Below are positions 61,348 through 64,000 of a stretch of 64,000 nt of DNA, one piece after another. The DNA lies in IMG/VR virus record IMGVR_UViG_3300017917_003066. The stretch is one strand, 5' to 3'. The translations under genes were made by a program, and so were the position numbers. The stretch is from an uncultured virus (IMG/VR IMGVR_UViG_3300017917_003066). Lineage: Duplodnaviria > Heunggongvirae > Uroviricota > Caudoviricetes. Numbering within the stretch: position 1 is the first letter of the stretch; each line of letters starts with the position of its first letter. The notes beneath the pieces were generated by a model. It searched no databases, was not told the DNA's origin, and was given only the letters and a program-made list of their open reading frames with translations.

Positions 61348-62771
61348 AATCCTCCTCTACCACCAAATATATCCATAACAACAGATAGCCTTTTGGTAAT
61401 CTCTGGCATTCCTAAAGGTTCAATAATTGAATTCACAGGAGATAAGATAGATTTTGCAAATTGTTCATCATAGTCTATTTGAGGTGCAAACTCCATAGGA
61501 TATGAACCACGAATATAAGCAAACATATCAGTTATTGATTTATCTTTACAACAATAGTATTTAATCTTTGTTCCGGATTTAATAAACTCATACTTTTGTT
61601 GATATTCTTTGCTTTTTGCTAGTAGATAATTATAGTGAGCCGCGGACTTAACAGCAAAGTGAGCACCACTTACAAATTGTAAAGGAAGTGATTTATCATT
61701 TAAAACCTTGGTCTCATATTTAGAAACTGATGATTGCATACAAATATCATCAATATCTGCTAATTCAAATTCTCGCCTTAATCCTTTAACTAATTTTAAT
61801 AAGTCTTTAATGTTAAAAGTATCTGGATGTGAGAATAAATATTTAACAATACTAACAATTTTCTCACGAGCAAATGCTGGTGTTGAAGACCTAACAAGTT
61901 CAACACCTTTAGGATAAATATAGTTTAGTTTTTCATATGGGATGCCATCTTCAAATGTTATGTGACATATGTATTTCTTTTTAGCTATATTAATCATAGA
62001 CTCTGATATTCTTTCAAGTTCAAAGTCTTCTTTATTTTCGACACCAAAAGAAGAAGCATAGTCTTCTAAACACTTTTTAAAGTATCCACCATATCTGAAA
62101 TGATCGGCTCCTTGTATAAAGTCCTGTTCGTTACTCCAGTTCCATCTGATATCTGTTGTGAATACACCTTCAGATATCATTTTATTCAACTCTCTGTCTT
62201 TTACATAATTACCATCTATTAATAATAAGTCATATTTATTATTTAGTAATTCTTTTAGTTCTGATATATTATTTGCGATTCCTAAACAATTAGAATTATC
62301 AGTTCTTATCTCATCATTTGTTAGTATAATGAACTTATCATTTATTGAACTAAGATAATCTTTATCAAAGATTAAGTTTTTCCAATCACAATGGTCAATA
62401 GCTGGTTTGAAAGAAACAAAAAGAGAGTCAGTATCAGCATAAATACTAACTGGCTCATCTTTGCTTATTTGAGTTACATTTTTTATTCCTAAGTTATAGT
62501 GTAGTTCATGATCATTATGCCATTGATTGTACCAATAATCTTCGTTAACCTTATCCATTGTTTTTGTAAGGTCTCTTCCTTGTGCTGTGATTGTTCCAGC
62601 AACGTGATTATTATATAGAATGAAATATGAGGTCGCAAAGGCACCATATGAGCCGTTAAGAACTAACTTTAACGCAAGTTGAAGAGCGTTATAATAATCT
62701 ACTTCTTTTTTAATATCAGAAGCTTGTTTTTTAAGTTGTTCTACCTTTTTTAATTTATCCTCTCTAGTCAT
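61344..62771 (-). CDS. Family-B DNA polymerase, C-terminal subunit (split gp43B-like)
   Basis: KLVLNGSYG (motif B), YADTDS (motif C), KKKY, KGVE; no exonuclease domain or motif A. Confidence 0.88.
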   Translation of the reverse strand: MTREDKLKKVEQLKKQASDIKKEVDYYNALQLALKLVLNGSYGAFATSYFILYNNHVAGTITAQGRDLTKTMDKVNEDYWYNQWHNDHELHYNLGIKNVTQISKDEPVSIYADTDSLFVSFKPAIDHCDWKNLIFDKDYLSSINDKFIILTNDEIRTDNSNCLGIANNISELKELLNNKYDLLLIDGNYVKDRELNKMISEGVFTTDIRWNWSNEQDFIQGADHFRYGGYFKKCLEDYASSFGVENKEDFELERISESMINIAKKKYICHITFEDGIPYEKLNYIYPKGVELVRSSTPAFAREKIVSIVKYLFSHPDTFNIKDLLKLVKGLRREFELADIDDICMQSSVSKYETKVLNDKSLPLQFVSGAHFAVKSAAHYNYLLAKSKEYQQKYEFIKSGTKIKYYCCKDKSITDMFAYIRGSYPMEFAPQIDYDEQFAKSILSPVNSIIEPLGMPEITKRLSVVMDIFGGRGGF

Positions 62772-62808
62772 AGTAGATTTTATATTAAAAAAGAATAATA
62801 AAGTTTGT

Positions 62809-63336
62809 CTATTTTTTATTATTAGACTTAATCATAACTAACCATCTACCACCTTCTAGCTTAGGTAATGATTCTGCTACTCCGAATCCATCTAAGTTAC
62901 TAATGTATTTCAGAATAGTTAATTCACCTCTTTCGGGATTGGCTTTTTGTCTTCCTTTTAATTGAAGAACACATTTAATTTTATTACCTTCTTTTAGAAA
63001 TTCAATACTTTTTTTAACTTTTGTATTTAGATCATTATCTGATATTTCGGGACTAAGCTGAATTTCTTTTATTATAGATTTTATTGAGTTTTTCTTTTTC
63101 TCTTTTTCAGCCTTTTCAAAGTTATAAATAAACTTTTTATAATCTTCTATTTTTACAATAGGTGGATTTTGTGACTCATTAATTAGAATTAAGTCTAATC
63201 CTTCTGATTCTGCAATTTTTGAGGCTTCGTATGAACTCATTAATCTAGGTTCATCGTAAAAGCCGATTAGTCTAACTTGTGGAAAGCGAACTTCGCTGTT
63301 AATCTTGTGTTTCTGTCTATTTCTATTAGATTTCAT
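62809..63336 (-). CDS. infC: Translation initiation factor IF-3
   Basis: IN..VR...VRLI, LDLILI...PPIVKI.DY, KEIQL...I..ND, KGRQ. Confidence 0.92.
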   Translation of the reverse strand: MKSNRNRQKHKINSEVRFPQVRLIGFYDEPRLMSSYEASKIAESEGLDLILINESQNPPIVKIEDYKKFIYNFEKAEKEKKKNSIKSIIKEIQLSPEISDNDLNTKVKKSIEFLKEGNKIKCVLQLKGRQKANPERGELTILKYISNLDGFGVAESLPKLEGGRWLVMIKSNNKK

Positions 63337-63377
63337 TTTAAAATTAACTATTGTATAATAGTAGATAAAAAAGTTTA

Positions 63378-63743
63378 TTACTTTATAGAATCTTTCAATA
63401 TTATTTTATTTGATGAATCATTTTTGGCTTTTGAAAAACCAAGAGTGTCTACTTTTGTAGTTTTTGGCTTATACTGTTTTATCGGTTGAACAGTTACAGA
63501 GTCTTTTTTCTCCGTGTAGATTTTTACTATTCTTTGTAAAGAGTCTATTTTTTTATTTTTTAAAATGATCTCGTTGTGATATTGTTTCATCTCAGATAAA
63601 TCATTTTCTATTTGAGTGTGAGATGATTCTGAATTATTATACATATTTACTATAACTGCTAATAGTATAGCAATTATAAGAGACAACCAAGAAACCGCGG
63701 CTCTATTCCTTTTTAAGGATTTTCTATCATTTCTATTTAACAT
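63378..63743 (-). CDS. Single-TM coiled-coil protein
   Basis: N-terminal TM; host promoter 63748-63755. Confidence 0.55.
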   Translation of the reverse strand: MLNRNDRKSLKRNRAAVSWLSLIIAILLAVIVNMYNNSESSHTQIENDLSEMKQYHNEIILKNKKIDSLQRIVKIYTEKKDSVTVQPIKQYKPKTTKVDTLGFSKAKNDSSNKIILKDSIK

Positions 63744-63763
63744 AGTACAAATATAATAAAAAA

Positions 63764-64000
63764 TTAATCGTCTGAAAAATCTTGCTCAAATGAAAGCATT
63801 AAATTTGAATTTTCATCCTTTACTAACATAAAGTTTTCAAAAATACTGAATTCAATATTTTCCATTTCATTTATACAAGATAAAAACTTCTTATTTAACA
63901 TTAAAGAAGCGTTTCTATCATCATCAAATGATTCTAATTCAAGTTCCCAAGCTGCTTTCTCAGAAAGAACTACTTTACCAGCCACAACACTTATATTGAT
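63764..64000 (-). CDS. 3' end of an ORF entering from beyond the window (possibly sliding-clamp-like)
   Basis: Frame appears open to the edge; beta-rich acidic C-terminus; replication context only. Confidence 0.3.
   Translation of the reverse strand: MNISVVAGKVVLSEKAAWELELESFDDDRNASLMLNKKFLSCINEMENIEFSIFENFMLVKDENSNLMLSFEQDFSDD

Overview
AT-rich 64-kb segment that reads as part of a large T4-like (myovirus-type) jumbo phage genome. The host is probably Bacteroidota, because TAnnTTTG/-33 TTTG host promoters and a T9SS sorting domain are present. Core phage genes: UvsW-like helicase, gp61-like primase, the C-terminal half of a split family-B DNA polymerase, and gp5-/gp53-like baseplate and tail-hydrolase genes. 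Host-like auxiliary genes: purA, rpiB, clpP, infC, SlyD-like PPIase, a truncated AsnRS-like enzyme, a site-2 protease and a two-component system. Most notable observations: (1) a minus-strand stable-RNA operon with three tandem promoters and boxB/boxA-like signals, carrying three tRNA-Glu-derived genes with 8-nt anticodon loops and progressively larger D-loop insertions, an odd initiator tRNA and a ~0.8-0.9-kb GOLLD-like RNA; (2) an 8-kb operon for a secreted surface complex with cohesin/dockerin, T9SS tail, CsgG-like proteins, an N/Q-rich amyloid-like barrel protein and a split C-type lectin; (3) two short peptide 'labels' shared by many unrelated ORFs, an N-terminal capsid-targeting-like motif linked to a TTAATATATA promoter and a C-terminal R-[DN]-x-K-[IL]-x-x-[IL] motif. 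All calls rest on visual motif recognition; no database searches were run.
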